From: Candidatus Thorarchaeota archaeon
Lineage (GTDB): Archaea; Asgardarchaeota; Thorarchaeia; Thorarchaeales; Thorarchaeaceae
Direction of reading: 5' to 3'
DNA: 64,000 bases
Assembly: GCA_029855935.1 (NCBI GenBank)
Contig: JAGSHN010000004.1
Location: forward strand, 96,001-160,000
Each line of letters begins with the position of its first letter. The first letter of the stretch is position 1. Below are positions 8,985 to 18,898 of the stretch, piece after piece. The translations under genes were made by a program, and so were the position numbers. Below the pieces are notes generated by a model that ran no database searches, was not told the origin of the DNA, and worked only from the letters and a program-made list of their open reading frames with translations.

Positions 8985-9635
8985 ATGTCCTCAAGAAGTA
9001 GACAGGCATCTGCACGGACACGTGACAAGTGGAGAGAGAAAGAGTGGTACACGATACTGGCACCAGACTACTTCGATAACAAGGAGATAGGTCTCACTCC
9101 AGCCAGTGACCCAGGCCTGCTCATCGGCCGGACTGTCCAACCCACCCTCTACGAACTCACCGGGGACTATATCAAGAATCACGATCGCGTCAAGATCAAG
9201 TTCAAGATCGTAGAGGTCGTGGGTAAACAGGCCAAGACCGTCTTCCACGGCCACGACTGGAGCTCTGATTATCTGCGAGGACTAATCAGACGAGGAACAT
9301 CACGAATAGACTGGATTGGCCCAATCCTCACCAAGGACGACTACCTGATGAGGATATCGGTCATCGTCTTTACGACAAAGAGAGCAAAGACCAGCCAAGA
9401 ACACGCCGTACGAAAGGCCATCGAGAAGGTGATCAGAGCTCACGCCAAGAAGCACTCGTTTGACGAGCTGGTCCAGAAGGTTGTGCTGGGCGATTTGGCG
9501 GCGGAGGTGCGCCAAGAGGTAGAGCCCATCATTCCAATAAGAGAGTGCGAGATTCGCAAGAGCAAGGTGCTCAAGGGGCCGGAGGAGGTCAAGGCCCGGC
9601 GCGCTAGACTCCGCAGAGGGGCGTCGGCAGGCTGA
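8985..9635 (+). CDS. rps3ae: 30S ribosomal protein S3Ae (eS1)
   Basis: DKWREKEWY, LIGRTV, DYLRGLIRRGTSRID, PIRECEIRKSKVL. Confidence 0.97.
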   Translation: MSSRSRQASARTRDKWREKEWYTILAPDYFDNKEIGLTPASDPGLLIGRTVQPTLYELTGDYIKNHDRVKIKFKIVEVVGKQAKTVFHGHDWSSDYLRGLIRRGTSRIDWIGPILTKDDYLMRISVIVFTTKRAKTSQEHAVRKAIEKVIRAHAKKHSFDELVQKVVLGDLAAEVRQEVEPIIPIRECEIRKSKVLKGPEEVKARRARLRRGASAG

Positions 9636-9827
9636 AACTCACAGTCGAGCTCTGAGGAGCATACTACCAGTCAGAGACATATGAGTCCGCGACGACATTC
9701 ATAGATTGTGTACCACAAACGAACCGAGTTTCAGTCTGAGGGCCGCCTCAAGTTCCGAGGGGGCATCTGAAAGAATATATGGTGCGCCGGGGTCTGCACA
9801 CTGGACTCATCGAGTTGGTGTCCCAGA

Positions 9828-10238
9828 ATGCCTCCAAAGGACATGAACATCATAGTCTTTGGCTGTATGCAATGCATGTATGCCGCCGCCGACCTAGCCG
9901 GAACGATGAAGCTCCAATATGATGCCAGCGCCAGAATAATCAGGATGCCGTGTACTGCGCGGCTGGACATCAATTTCATTCTCAAAGCATTGCAGGAGGG
10001 CGCCGATGGGGTCCTTGTTGTCGGATGCCATCCGGGCGACTGCGCATACAAGACTGGCAACTTGGGGGCAGAGAGACGAGTCCGTTTTGCGAGAAAGCTG
10101 ATTGGACAACTTGGTCTGAATGAGGACCGTGTCAAGATGGTCTTCGTCAGTGCAGCAGAGGGGGACAAGTTCGCTGCAGAGGTCAATAAGTTTGCAGATC
10201 AGATTCGCAAGATAGGTCCAAATCCAATCCGTCTATGA
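9828..10238 (+). CDS. mvhD: Hydrogenase/heterodisulfide reductase [2Fe-2S] subunit MvhD (Cys form)
   Basis: FGCMQCMYAAAD, RMPCTAR, GADGVLVVGCHPGDC, SAAEG, GPNP. Confidence 0.93.
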   Translation: MPPKDMNIIVFGCMQCMYAAADLAGTMKLQYDASARIIRMPCTARLDINFILKALQEGADGVLVVGCHPGDCAYKTGNLGAERRVRFARKLIGQLGLNEDRVKMVFVSAAEGDKFAAEVNKFADQIRKIGPNPIRL

Positions 10239-10331
10239 TAGATTCCACACCCGACTAGGACACCGCAATGAAGCTGTGTAGTTGGAGGGTGTACCAAGAT
10301 CAAGGACCGAGTCATTCATAGAAGAGAGATA

Positions 10332-10416
10332 TGGCGCCGAGGACGAGATTCGAACTCGCGAGCCACAAGGGCAACGGTTTTCGAGACCGTCTCCGTAACC
10401 ACTTGGATACCTCGGC
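10332..10416 (-). tRNA. tRNA-Ser(CGA), CCA encoded
   Basis: GCCGAGG acceptor; ACGGT-CTCGAAA-ACCGT; long variable arm; GTTCGAATC; CCTCGGCGCCA. Confidence 0.96.
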
Positions 10417-10507
10417 GCAGTTGGAAGGCCTAGGGGGTGGGTTCCCAAGTATAAGAGATTCGTAAATAGGATTTAATGTTAATGCTAGTGCACGTGTCAA
10501 TGGATTG

Positions 10508-11905
10508 TTAATGAGTGCGCTGTGCGGAATCGATGGCTCTGTGCATGACCGATCGTGCGATTGAAACAACTCGGTTGAGTGCATGTTCCGTTCTTGCTCC
10601 AGCATATAGACGTGCCTTGGGCTCTGTTCCAGAAACCCTGACAAGTACGTAGGAGCCATCACTGCACTCGACGCGTACCCCATCTATGTCGAGGACACGA
10701 TCAACGTGCGGGATCTCCTCAGGTAGAGTCTTCAGAACGAAATCCATGAAGGGACGTTTGACGTCATCGGGACAGTCGATATGCTCACGCAGCATCGGAT
10801 ACTTGGGAATAGACGCCATCAGACGCTTGCAGCTACCGTACCCAATCTCTTTGACGAGCTGGGCGAAACGTACAGCACCGACAGTTCCATCCATCCATAG
10901 GCCTAGGTCTACGAATATGGGTTTCCACGGTTCAGAGGCAAAGACAATCTCATCTGCACGTACACCAACGAACTGCTCCTGAAGTGATCCCAAGGGGACG
11001 CGCACCACTTCTCCCCCAGCACGTGAAACAATCTCGTCAATCACACTTGAGGTGTCAATCGATACAACAATCACGCCTGACCCTCTGCGTTCCAACTCGT
11101 CACGTGCAAAGACCGCGATGACGCGGTTCTGGTCGATGAACGAGCCATCTTCATCTAGCACGGCGACCCGATCCCCATCACCGTCATGACAAAGCGCCAC
11201 CGAAACGTTCAATTCTGCGGTCATCTGCATGGTATCTTCAAGGTTCTTCGGGGATGGTTCGGCGGGGCGGCCGGGAAAATGACCATCCTGATGGGAGTTG
11301 ACGGCTACCACCGAGAAACCAAAGCTTCCGAGTAGCCTAGGCGTATAGGATGATGCGGCCCCATTGGCGAGATCAACCAACACCCTCGTTCCCTCGCCAC
11401 TGCCTCCACGAGAGGCGAGGAACTCCCGGACGTGACGCATGTAAGGGACAGACGGCTCTTGGCGGAGAACCCTACCAATGCGGTGCCATGGGGCCGAGCG
11501 GAAGTCGTGACTAAAGATGCGGTTCTCTATGTGACTTTCTTCTGCGTGAGTGAATTCACGACCAGCCTTGAAGAACTTGAAGCCATTGTCGGATGGAGGA
11601 TTGTGACTGGCCGTGATGATGACAGATGCGTCAATACCATTGACTGAACTGAAGAATGCCACATTAGGCATCGATGCGACACCCAGATTGACGACATTCA
11701 CTCCCGTGGACAAAGCACCGCTGACGAAAGCGTTCAGAAGCATTGTACGCGAGGTTCGTGCGTCCGTTGCAACGGCAATGGTGGCATTGCCGTTCAACTC
11801 GCTTCCTAGAGCACGACCAAGGCCAAGTGCCAAGTCGATGTCTACGCGATCGAGGCCGCCTCGAATTCCTGAGGTTCCAAAGAGGCGTCGTCGTCTTCGA
11901 GCCAT
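10508..11905 (-). CDS. Phosphoglucosamine mutase / phosphomannomutase family
   Basis: LFGTSGIRG, ITASHNP, DGDGDR, RVSGTEP; start probably 11905. Confidence 0.92.
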   Translation of the reverse strand: MARRRRRLFGTSGIRGGLDRVDIDLALGLGRALGSELNGNATIAVATDARTSRTMLLNAFVSGALSTGVNVVNLGVASMPNVAFFSSVNGIDASVIITASHNPPSDNGFKFFKAGREFTHAEESHIENRIFSHDFRSAPWHRIGRVLRQEPSVPYMRHVREFLASRGGSGEGTRVLVDLANGAASSYTPRLLGSFGFSVVAVNSHQDGHFPGRPAEPSPKNLEDTMQMTAELNVSVALCHDGDGDRVAVLDEDGSFIDQNRVIAVFARDELERRGSGVIVVSIDTSSVIDEIVSRAGGEVVRVPLGSLQEQFVGVRADEIVFASEPWKPIFVDLGLWMDGTVGAVRFAQLVKEIGYGSCKRLMASIPKYPMLREHIDCPDDVKRPFMDFVLKTLPEEIPHVDRVLDIDGVRVECSDGSYVLVRVSGTEPKARLYAGARTEHALNRVVSIARSVMHRAIDSAQRTH

Positions 11906-11964
11906 TGTACGAAAAGCCTCGTCAGCGGACTGTAGCATGCACAAGATGAGTCTTCCGAAACGCA

Positions 11965-12939
11965 TTAGTCGCGAGGTAACGCCAAATCCACTATGTCCTT
12001 TGCGGCCTCACCAATCTTCTGTAGACTGTCAATCACCAGCAGGAGGGGTTGCAGGAACTCGCTCGAAGAGCCGATTAAATCCTGTCTGAGGGAAGCAGTC
12101 GACTTCGTGAGATTCTTCTCCGCATTCATGACCCACGCCACCTTCTCAGCATCGAATCTGAAGAGATTGGTCACTGACCGTGAGAGCATCTCCTGAGCCA
12201 GATCAGCAATCTCACGAACACGATCCACCAGCGCAGATGAGATAGGTCGCTCCGTCTGAGAGGCGATGTCAACAGCCAAGTCAGCGACTCTCTCGATATA
12301 CTGCACTGCGAGACGAAAGTCCAGCGCCTCGACAGGTGCAATGCTCATCTTCTCGGATACGCTGGGGTATTGAATAGCCGATCTAAGCTCACGGACTATC
12401 AGGAAGAACAGTCGGTCAACCTCCTCATCACGCATCTGTACTGCCGATGCAAGAGATCTGTCCCCTGAGAGGAACGCCGTAAGAGCATCGCGTAACATTC
12501 TCGTTGCCAACAGGTTCATCCGCTTCATGGCCTTGTTGACAGGGATTGTGGAGGGGTCGACCAGACATTGTACAACCAGCTGTCGCTCATCCTCATCGGT
12601 AATCTCGAGCGCCACAAACCGCTTGATTATTGTTTCGAGTTCTTCGCGTTGTTCATCGGTTATTGGAGAGTCACTGATGACTCTGATTTCATCAAATCCC
12701 AGCAGGTACTTACTTGTGATACTCCAGCGAAGGTTGGAACTGATGCTGACAGTAGTTGTGCGCGGCTCTCCTGCCTTGGGCAATCGTGGGTCCACAATCA
12801 GACAGCCGTCCTCGCGTTCTGACACAACAACAGGGTCACCCTTCTTTAGATTCTGTCTGACGACCCATTCCTTGGGCAGGATTATGAGGAATGAGCTGCC
12901 ATTCTTTCCGCCAGTCTGTTGCAATCTTCTAATGTCCAT
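11965..12939 (-). CDS. AbrB-PhoU phosphate uptake regulator
   Basis: RRLQQTGG..SFLIILPKEW AbrB domain plus two PhoU repeats (DEEVDRL, IERVAD). Confidence 0.9.
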   Translation of the reverse strand: MDIRRLQQTGGKNGSSFLIILPKEWVVRQNLKKGDPVVVSEREDGCLIVDPRLPKAGEPRTTTVSISSNLRWSITSKYLLGFDEIRVISDSPITDEQREELETIIKRFVALEITDEDERQLVVQCLVDPSTIPVNKAMKRMNLLATRMLRDALTAFLSGDRSLASAVQMRDEEVDRLFFLIVRELRSAIQYPSVSEKMSIAPVEALDFRLAVQYIERVADLAVDIASQTERPISSALVDRVREIADLAQEMLSRSVTNLFRFDAEKVAWVMNAEKNLTKSTASLRQDLIGSSSEFLQPLLLVIDSLQKIGEAAKDIVDLALPRD

Positions 12940-13097
12940 ATTCTAACCGCCTGTCACTCCGTATCCAGACAACGCTCCAATGGTTTACACCGATACTCCT
13001 GAGTCAAGTACCTTGTTGTCAGCACATAGCGTCTGACTCGGGACATCTGCGCCTGAACCTTTAAGACGAATTGACAAATCACAGTTGCGATGGATAA

Positions 13098-14852
13098 TTG
13101 AATCCCAAGGTACGAAAGACAATTCTGAAGAGATTTGTGACTTCGGGCTTTCAGATTGCTCCTGACGCGCTTGACCTCATCACCAACTCCGATGGACCAG
13201 CAGAAACTGCGGAACGCGTGCTGAGGGCAATCACAGGACACAGCACAGGCGTCGTCATCTCACGGTCAGTTGTTGAGAGAATCCTCAGTGGGACCTGGGG
13301 AGAAGAAGAGAAGGAAGAGAGCCAAGCGGAGAACACAGGCCGTGTGACCGTAGCAATGATGGATAATACCGAGACCTGTACAGAGAAGAGCGGTACCGCT
13401 TGTGTAGATGGTGCGATTGTAGCAAGCGAAGAAACGGAAAACGAGGCTCACGAACAAGATAAGGAAGAGCCACAGCAGACGGACAGGACACCAATAAGGA
13501 AGATTAAGAACCCAACACTTGATTCCCTCACTGCCGAGGGGACAATTGAGGATTTTCACGCTCTGTTCCTAGATCGATTTGAGAGGATAAAATCGCTGTA
13601 CTCACGGCGTGTTGACACACAGGGCGCCCTCTCACTGTCTGCGGCAAAGTCGCTGAGATATGAGGCATACAGGCGTAAGGCACTGAGAAAGGGAGGCGGC
13701 CCTCCAGAGAGGTCACTCTCAATCAAGGTTATTGGAATGGTGAGAAACAAGAGGGTCTCTCGGTCGAGGAACACAATCATTGAACTGGAGGACTTGGAGG
13801 ACACTCTCACTTGCATCATACCCAACAACCGACCAGGCAAGGAGGGGCAGATGCTTGCAGAGAGTGGGAATCTTCTACTTCTTGACGAGGTGATATGCAT
13901 CTCTGGTACGATTGATCAGGATGGCCGCCTAATAGCAGATGGTGTGATCTTTCCAGATATTCCAGTTTCACGCTTAGGAGGACGCGCCCAGAGAGACACC
14001 TATGCTGCATTCATTTCGGATATCCACTATGGCTCAAAGGAGTTCCTAGAGGACGAGTTTGACCGGTTCATCGATTGGTTGAGAGGCGTGGATGTAGATA
14101 CCCAAGACAGATCTATGGTGTCGAGAGTCGAATATCTGTTCATAGCTGGCGACTTGTGCGATGGGGTTGGTGTCTATCCAACGCAACAGGAGGATCTCCT
14201 CATCACAAGTGTCCGTGAGCAGTATGAAGAGCTCGCCCGCAAGCTCAGACGGCTACCAGAGCGAATCAAGATAATCTGTATCCCCGGAAACCACGATGCG
14301 AGCCGACAGGCTCTCCCGAGACCGCCAATACCGGAGGAGTTTGCAGAGGGACTGTACAGACTCGGGGATCGGGTGGTAATGCTCGGAGATCCCAGTCAGA
14401 TTGTTGTTGAGGGGGTCAATGTGCTTCTTGTGCATGGTGATTCACTTGATGACCTTGTGACTCAGATTCCGGGAGCATCATACAGGAGGCCTGCCCTTGC
14501 AATGAAAGAACTCCTGCGCAAGAGGCATCTCGCTCCACTCTATGGGGGCAAGACAGAGCTGGCACCAGGCCATCGTGACTGGCTTGTGATAGAGGACGTT
14601 CCGGACATAGTGCATTTCGGTCACGCACATCACAACGCAGTGGACAACTATCGTGGAGTACAGATCATCAATTCTGGAACATTTCAGTCTCAGACAGACT
14701 TTATGAGAAAGCAGGGAATAGAACCAACACCGGGAATAGTGACACTTGTCAATCTCCATACCGGCGCTCCCACTGTACGGGTGTTCTACGACTTTGCCAC
14801 ATCAGGAGATGTGGCTGTGAGAGCAAGTGGTCGGACAGTGTCATCCTCCTAG
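13098..14852 (+). CDS. DNA polymerase D small (proofreading) subunit DP1
   Basis: OB fold plus phosphoesterase motifs ISDIHYGS, AGDLCDG, PGNHD, HGDS, RHLAP, GHAH, NSGTFQ. Confidence 0.96.
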   Translation: MNPKVRKTILKRFVTSGFQIAPDALDLITNSDGPAETAERVLRAITGHSTGVVISRSVVERILSGTWGEEEKEESQAENTGRVTVAMMDNTETCTEKSGTACVDGAIVASEETENEAHEQDKEEPQQTDRTPIRKIKNPTLDSLTAEGTIEDFHALFLDRFERIKSLYSRRVDTQGALSLSAAKSLRYEAYRRKALRKGGGPPERSLSIKVIGMVRNKRVSRSRNTIIELEDLEDTLTCIIPNNRPGKEGQMLAESGNLLLLDEVICISGTIDQDGRLIADGVIFPDIPVSRLGGRAQRDTYAAFISDIHYGSKEFLEDEFDRFIDWLRGVDVDTQDRSMVSRVEYLFIAGDLCDGVGVYPTQQEDLLITSVREQYEELARKLRRLPERIKIICIPGNHDASRQALPRPPIPEEFAEGLYRLGDRVVMLGDPSQIVVEGVNVLLVHGDSLDDLVTQIPGASYRRPALAMKELLRKRHLAPLYGGKTELAPGHRDWLVIEDVPDIVHFGHAHHNAVDNYRGVQIINSGTFQSQTDFMRKQGIEPTPGIVTLVNLHTGAPTVRVFYDFATSGDVAVRASGRTVSSS

Positions 14853-14861
14853 GCTCAGGCA

Positions 14862-16574
14862 CTATGGGGCATGTTGATGTCTAAACGTGTGCCCAGGTGA
14901 TGAGTCAACAGTCGATACTCTCCTAGAATCGGATGAAGACACGGTCGGCAGGGGAGCTGTGACTGCAACCGAACTCGACTCCTGGGGCTGTGCAACATGC
15001 AAACTGGCCCGCCATATCAAGATGGACATGATTGCCAGCGAGCCGACAAAGATTATGGCTGTGAGAGTGATGAGAAGGGGATTAGACGGGGGAGTGTCCG
15101 GACCCTGCATGGTCGACGGGAAACCTACTTTGAGGAATTCGTTCAGGAAGTTGATGAGAGTGTGTGCTGTGATTGTGCCGACTAGCGATTGTTTCGCGCT
15201 AAAGTATACATAGTAGATAGCAAAGAATACGCCCAGAAGAGCTGAGAATACCACCGATATGCCCATTTCAACCAGCAGCCTCGTACCTTGAAAACCATTT
15301 GCAATGGGCCACACAATGTGCCAGAAACCGAACAAGACTGATGACAGTACAATGGCACGTCCGGCATTCATTCGGAGATTGAGTGTGTTGAACAGCAGGC
15401 CGCGGAAATAGGTTTCCTCCATGATTGCATTTGTGAGAAAGAAGACGAATCCGTACCAGAGAAGGTCCGCATTGACTATCCCAATTCCTAGAGGCTCGGA
15501 TGTAAAGAGTGAGAAGAGTGCCTGAGGAACCACCACCCCTGCGGAGTATAGAACGATTCCAACCGCGGTACCAACTACAAGATGTGTCCTGAGAGAGGCC
15601 GAACTCAAGCCGAGGATTGATGAAACCTCATTGCGTCGAAAGAACCAGAATGTGGCGAGAAGGATGAGAAGCGGGAATAGCTTCGATGGAAGTATGTTGA
15701 TGGGCGTGGACCCCAGATCAAACACGAAGATATCAGCAAGACGCCACAGTGTTGCTACAGAGAAGAGTGCGAGTGTGAGTCGGAGGAGTCCACTACGAGA
15801 CAACAAGACTGTTTCATCCAGGGTTTCGACTGTACCAAGCGAGCTGTCGTGGAGTAGACCGCCGATATCATTCGAGGTAGTCATCAAGTTGCCCTCAGAG
15901 GGGAATTCGCTGACAAGAGGGCTCGTCACCTCACCGGGAACGGGCGTGCGGGAGGACGACCGATGCCAGGGATTCGTTAGGGCGATGGCGGCAGTAACCG
16001 TTCCCAGCCCGTTGCAAAGGCCATTGACAATGGGGTTTGTAGCCGTAATCTGCCCGATAGAGATTAGCGCCAATGCAATGACCATAAGGCCACTGCGCAC
16101 CTCCCTGAGGCGCCTCGTCTTCCATGTGATGAGGAAGGTCAGAGCCAGAAGAAGCGTCACAGTCAATACAATGGGTATGCATAGTAACAGGATTGTCAAC
16201 TGGCTTGCAGAGAAGAACACTGCGCCAACCCAATAGATTGTCATCAGTCCAATCAGACGGGGGTGGTGGCGTCGGTACTGAGGAGTCCAGATCTCCAGCA
16301 GGGCCACCATGAGGGGTAGGACAGTTCCAAGAATGACGAGGGACCTGATCTTGAAGACCCATAACGAGTCCGGAAGCACATTGTCCATCACAAGAGCCCG
16401 AAGCAGGTTGTTCAGGCCGTGCGACAGGAAAGTGATGCCGAAAACAAGAGGAAGGTCCGAATACAGACGGACCTCTTGGCGACTCCACGATTGAAGTAGA
16501 TAGAGTCCAACGAGAAAGGACACAAGAGTGGTTGCTATCGTGAGGGGGAGATAGGTAAGGGTCACAGACTGCAA
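14862..16574 (-). CDS. Multi-TM N-terminal domain fused to CPBP (Abi/CAAX type II) intramembrane glutamic protease
   Basis: EETYFRG, FGFWH, AHTLIN CPBP motifs in the C-terminal half; about 6 TM helices N-terminally. Confidence 0.8.
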   Translation of the reverse strand: MQSVTLTYLPLTIATTLVSFLVGLYLLQSWSRQEVRLYSDLPLVFGITFLSHGLNNLLRALVMDNVLPDSLWVFKIRSLVILGTVLPLMVALLEIWTPQYRRHHPRLIGLMTIYWVGAVFFSASQLTILLLCIPIVLTVTLLLALTFLITWKTRRLREVRSGLMVIALALISIGQITATNPIVNGLCNGLGTVTAAIALTNPWHRSSSRTPVPGEVTSPLVSEFPSEGNLMTTSNDIGGLLHDSSLGTVETLDETVLLSRSGLLRLTLALFSVATLWRLADIFVFDLGSTPINILPSKLFPLLILLATFWFFRRNEVSSILGLSSASLRTHLVVGTAVGIVLYSAGVVVPQALFSLFTSEPLGIGIVNADLLWYGFVFFLTNAIMEETYFRGLLFNTLNLRMNAGRAIVLSSVLFGFWHIVWPIANGFQGTRLLVEMGISVVFSALLGVFFAIYYVYFSAKQSLVGTITAHTLINFLNEFLKVGFPSTMQGPDTPPSNPLLITLTAIIFVGSLAIMSILIWRASLHVAQPQESSSVAVTAPLPTVSSSDSRRVSTVDSSPGHTFRHQHAP

Positions 16575-16819
16575 GGATACTCACCCGTGCCGCAATAGTA
16601 GTTCCGATATCACGTGCTGACCGCACTACTTAAGGTCCTACAGGGAATAGAGCAACAGTCCGCAGGCTCGCAGACTGTCAAGTTGATAGAAGACTTCTGC
16701 TCGGTGACTCCGTTCAGCAACTTTAAGTGACTTGCAGCGAAGAGCCCGATGAATAGTGCTGGGATGATAGTTCACGACTGTTCCGGCCATCTCTAACTGA
16801 GATGGAGAGATGATGACGG

Positions 16820-18886
16820 ATGTACGTGCTGGAAGACCTACAGGAGCGGATTGAGGAGTTTCTTCGCGGATTCAAGGATGAAGAGGGGAACCTAGTTTAT
16901 CTTCCCCGAATTCAGGCAATGTCGCTCGATCGCATGACCTCGCTCACGGTGGACTTTCAGGACTTGGTGACTTTTGACAACGTGTTTCTGGACGTTGCAA
17001 ACAAGGATCCCAGCACGTTTCTGAGGGCCGGGACCAATGCCCTTCTAGCAATCCTAGAGTTGGAGGATCCAGACTATGTCGACGATATGGACCGAAGGAC
17101 ATTCAGGTTCCGAATCGTGAACTATCCGGATCACGTGCCGCTGCGGGCAATACGTTCGAAGCATATCGGACGGCTCATCCATATCAGTGGAATTATGATG
17201 CGGGCAAGCGAGGTAAAGCCATTGCTCGTCGAGGCAGTCTTCATGTGTAGAGTCTGCGGAAGCGAGATTCATCAGATACAGGAGGAGGGGAGGTACACTG
17301 AGCCGCTCCAATGTGACACCTGTCAGAAGAAGACACCCATGAAGTTGATTCCCGAGAAGTCTAGGTTCATAGACTGGCAGAAGGTCAGGATTCAGGAGTC
17401 GCCGGAGGAACTTCCACCGGGTCAGATGCCACGCTCAGTTGACGTAATCCTCGACGGCGATATCGTCGATCTCTCAAGACCAGGGGACCTCGTCAAGGTG
17501 ACTGGAATTCTTCGGACATCTCCCGACTTCTCAAGACGAGGTGGACGACTTGCGACATTCAATGTCTACATTGAGGCCAATGGAATAGAAATCTCGGAGA
17601 AGGAGTTCGAGGAACTCAATATCTCTGAGGAGGATGAGAGAAGAATCAGGGAACTTGCAGACGATCCGTATGTCCACGAGAGAATATACGCTTCAATAGC
17701 GCCCTCCATCCACGGCCACGAACTCATAAAAGAGTCGATAGCCCTGTTGTTGTTTGGCGGGGTAGGGAAAGTCTTGCCCGATGGGACCCGCCTCAGAGGA
17801 CGCTCGAACATCCTCATAATAGGCGACCCCGGGACGGGGAAGAGCCAGATGCTGAAGTTTGTTGCGAGTCTTGCACAGCGGGGGCTATACACCTCTGGCA
17901 AGGGAACAACTGCTGCAGGCCTCACAGCCGCAGTAGTCAGGGACACCGAAACAGGCGCGATGACGCTGGAGGCGGGCGCTCTTGTCTTGGCCGACCAAGG
18001 GATAGCATGTATTGATGAGTTCGACAAGATGGATCCAAACGACCGTACGGCAATACACGAGGCAATGGAACAGCACACGGTCAGCATCGCGAAGGCGGGG
18101 ATTGTTGCGACACTGAATGCTCGAACGTCGATTCTTGCGGCTGCAAATCCGGCCCTAGGACGATACGAGCCCTCGCTCTCCGTTCAAGACAATATCAAGC
18201 TTCCATTCACAATACTCTCTAGGTTTGACCTCATCTGGATACTCGTTGACACGGTTGAGGTCGAGAGGGACAGGGACCTTGCACGGTTCATATTGGGGAT
18301 GCATCAGAGGCAGAGAACGCCAATCCAAGAAAAAGTCGAAACAGTACACCCCGACTTTCTGAGAAAGTATATCGCCTATGCAAGTAGAGAGAATCCCGTT
18401 CTCACCTCGGAGGCCGCAGAAGTGATTGAGAATTTCTACGTCGACCTCCGCAAGACCGCGGAGGGTGGCAATGCGCCGGTTCCAATCACCGCAAGACAGC
18501 TGGAGTCGCTTGTCCGCTTGGCCGAGGCGCGAGCAAGAATGGCTCTGCGCCCGAAAGTGACAAGAGAGGATGCAGAGGCTGCAGTGCGGCTTATGGAGGA
18601 GTCATTGAGGATGGTGGCCTTTGATAGGGTGACAGGAAAGATTGACATCGACCGTCTGGTATCCACTATGAGCGCATCCCAACGTAATGTTTCAGATTTG
18701 ATAATCAAGGTCATGAAGGACTTTGAGAAAGAGGGCATATCCACGGTTGACGAGGAAACGCTGATCAAGCGGGTGACGGACATGGGAGTGGCCAGAGAAC
18801 GTGTAGAGGAAACGCTGAGAAAGCTCTTGGCCGAGGGGATTTTGTTCAACCCACGTGGGGGGAAAATAAAGCGGGCCCAGACTTGA
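16820..18886 (+). CDS. mcm: Replicative helicase MCM
   Basis: Zn finger CRVC..CDTC, GDPGTGKSQ, IDEFDKM, SRFD, C-terminal wH; no intein. Confidence 0.98.
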   Translation: MYVLEDLQERIEEFLRGFKDEEGNLVYLPRIQAMSLDRMTSLTVDFQDLVTFDNVFLDVANKDPSTFLRAGTNALLAILELEDPDYVDDMDRRTFRFRIVNYPDHVPLRAIRSKHIGRLIHISGIMMRASEVKPLLVEAVFMCRVCGSEIHQIQEEGRYTEPLQCDTCQKKTPMKLIPEKSRFIDWQKVRIQESPEELPPGQMPRSVDVILDGDIVDLSRPGDLVKVTGILRTSPDFSRRGGRLATFNVYIEANGIEISEKEFEELNISEEDERRIRELADDPYVHERIYASIAPSIHGHELIKESIALLLFGGVGKVLPDGTRLRGRSNILIIGDPGTGKSQMLKFVASLAQRGLYTSGKGTTAAGLTAAVVRDTETGAMTLEAGALVLADQGIACIDEFDKMDPNDRTAIHEAMEQHTVSIAKAGIVATLNARTSILAAANPALGRYEPSLSVQDNIKLPFTILSRFDLIWILVDTVEVERDRDLARFILGMHQRQRTPIQEKVETVHPDFLRKYIAYASRENPVLTSEAAEVIENFYVDLRKTAEGGNAPVPITARQLESLVRLAEARARMALRPKVTREDAEAAVRLMEESLRMVAFDRVTGKIDIDRLVSTMSASQRNVSDLIIKVMKDFEKEGISTVDEETLIKRVTDMGVARERVEETLRKLLAEGILFNPRGGKIKRAQT

Positions 18887-18898
18887 ACGGTGTTATAG

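Noticed and set aside
9632-10238. Selenocysteine-containing MvhD/VhuD with a SECIS element
   Set aside because: All ligand positions are Cys codons and there is no in-frame TGA. The nearby CTGAAACTC/GAGTTTCAG inverted repeat lacks a convincing SECIS core.
16820-18886. Intein in MCM (also checked RFC-S and Cdc6)
   Set aside because: Protein lengths and motif spacing are normal, with no insertion.
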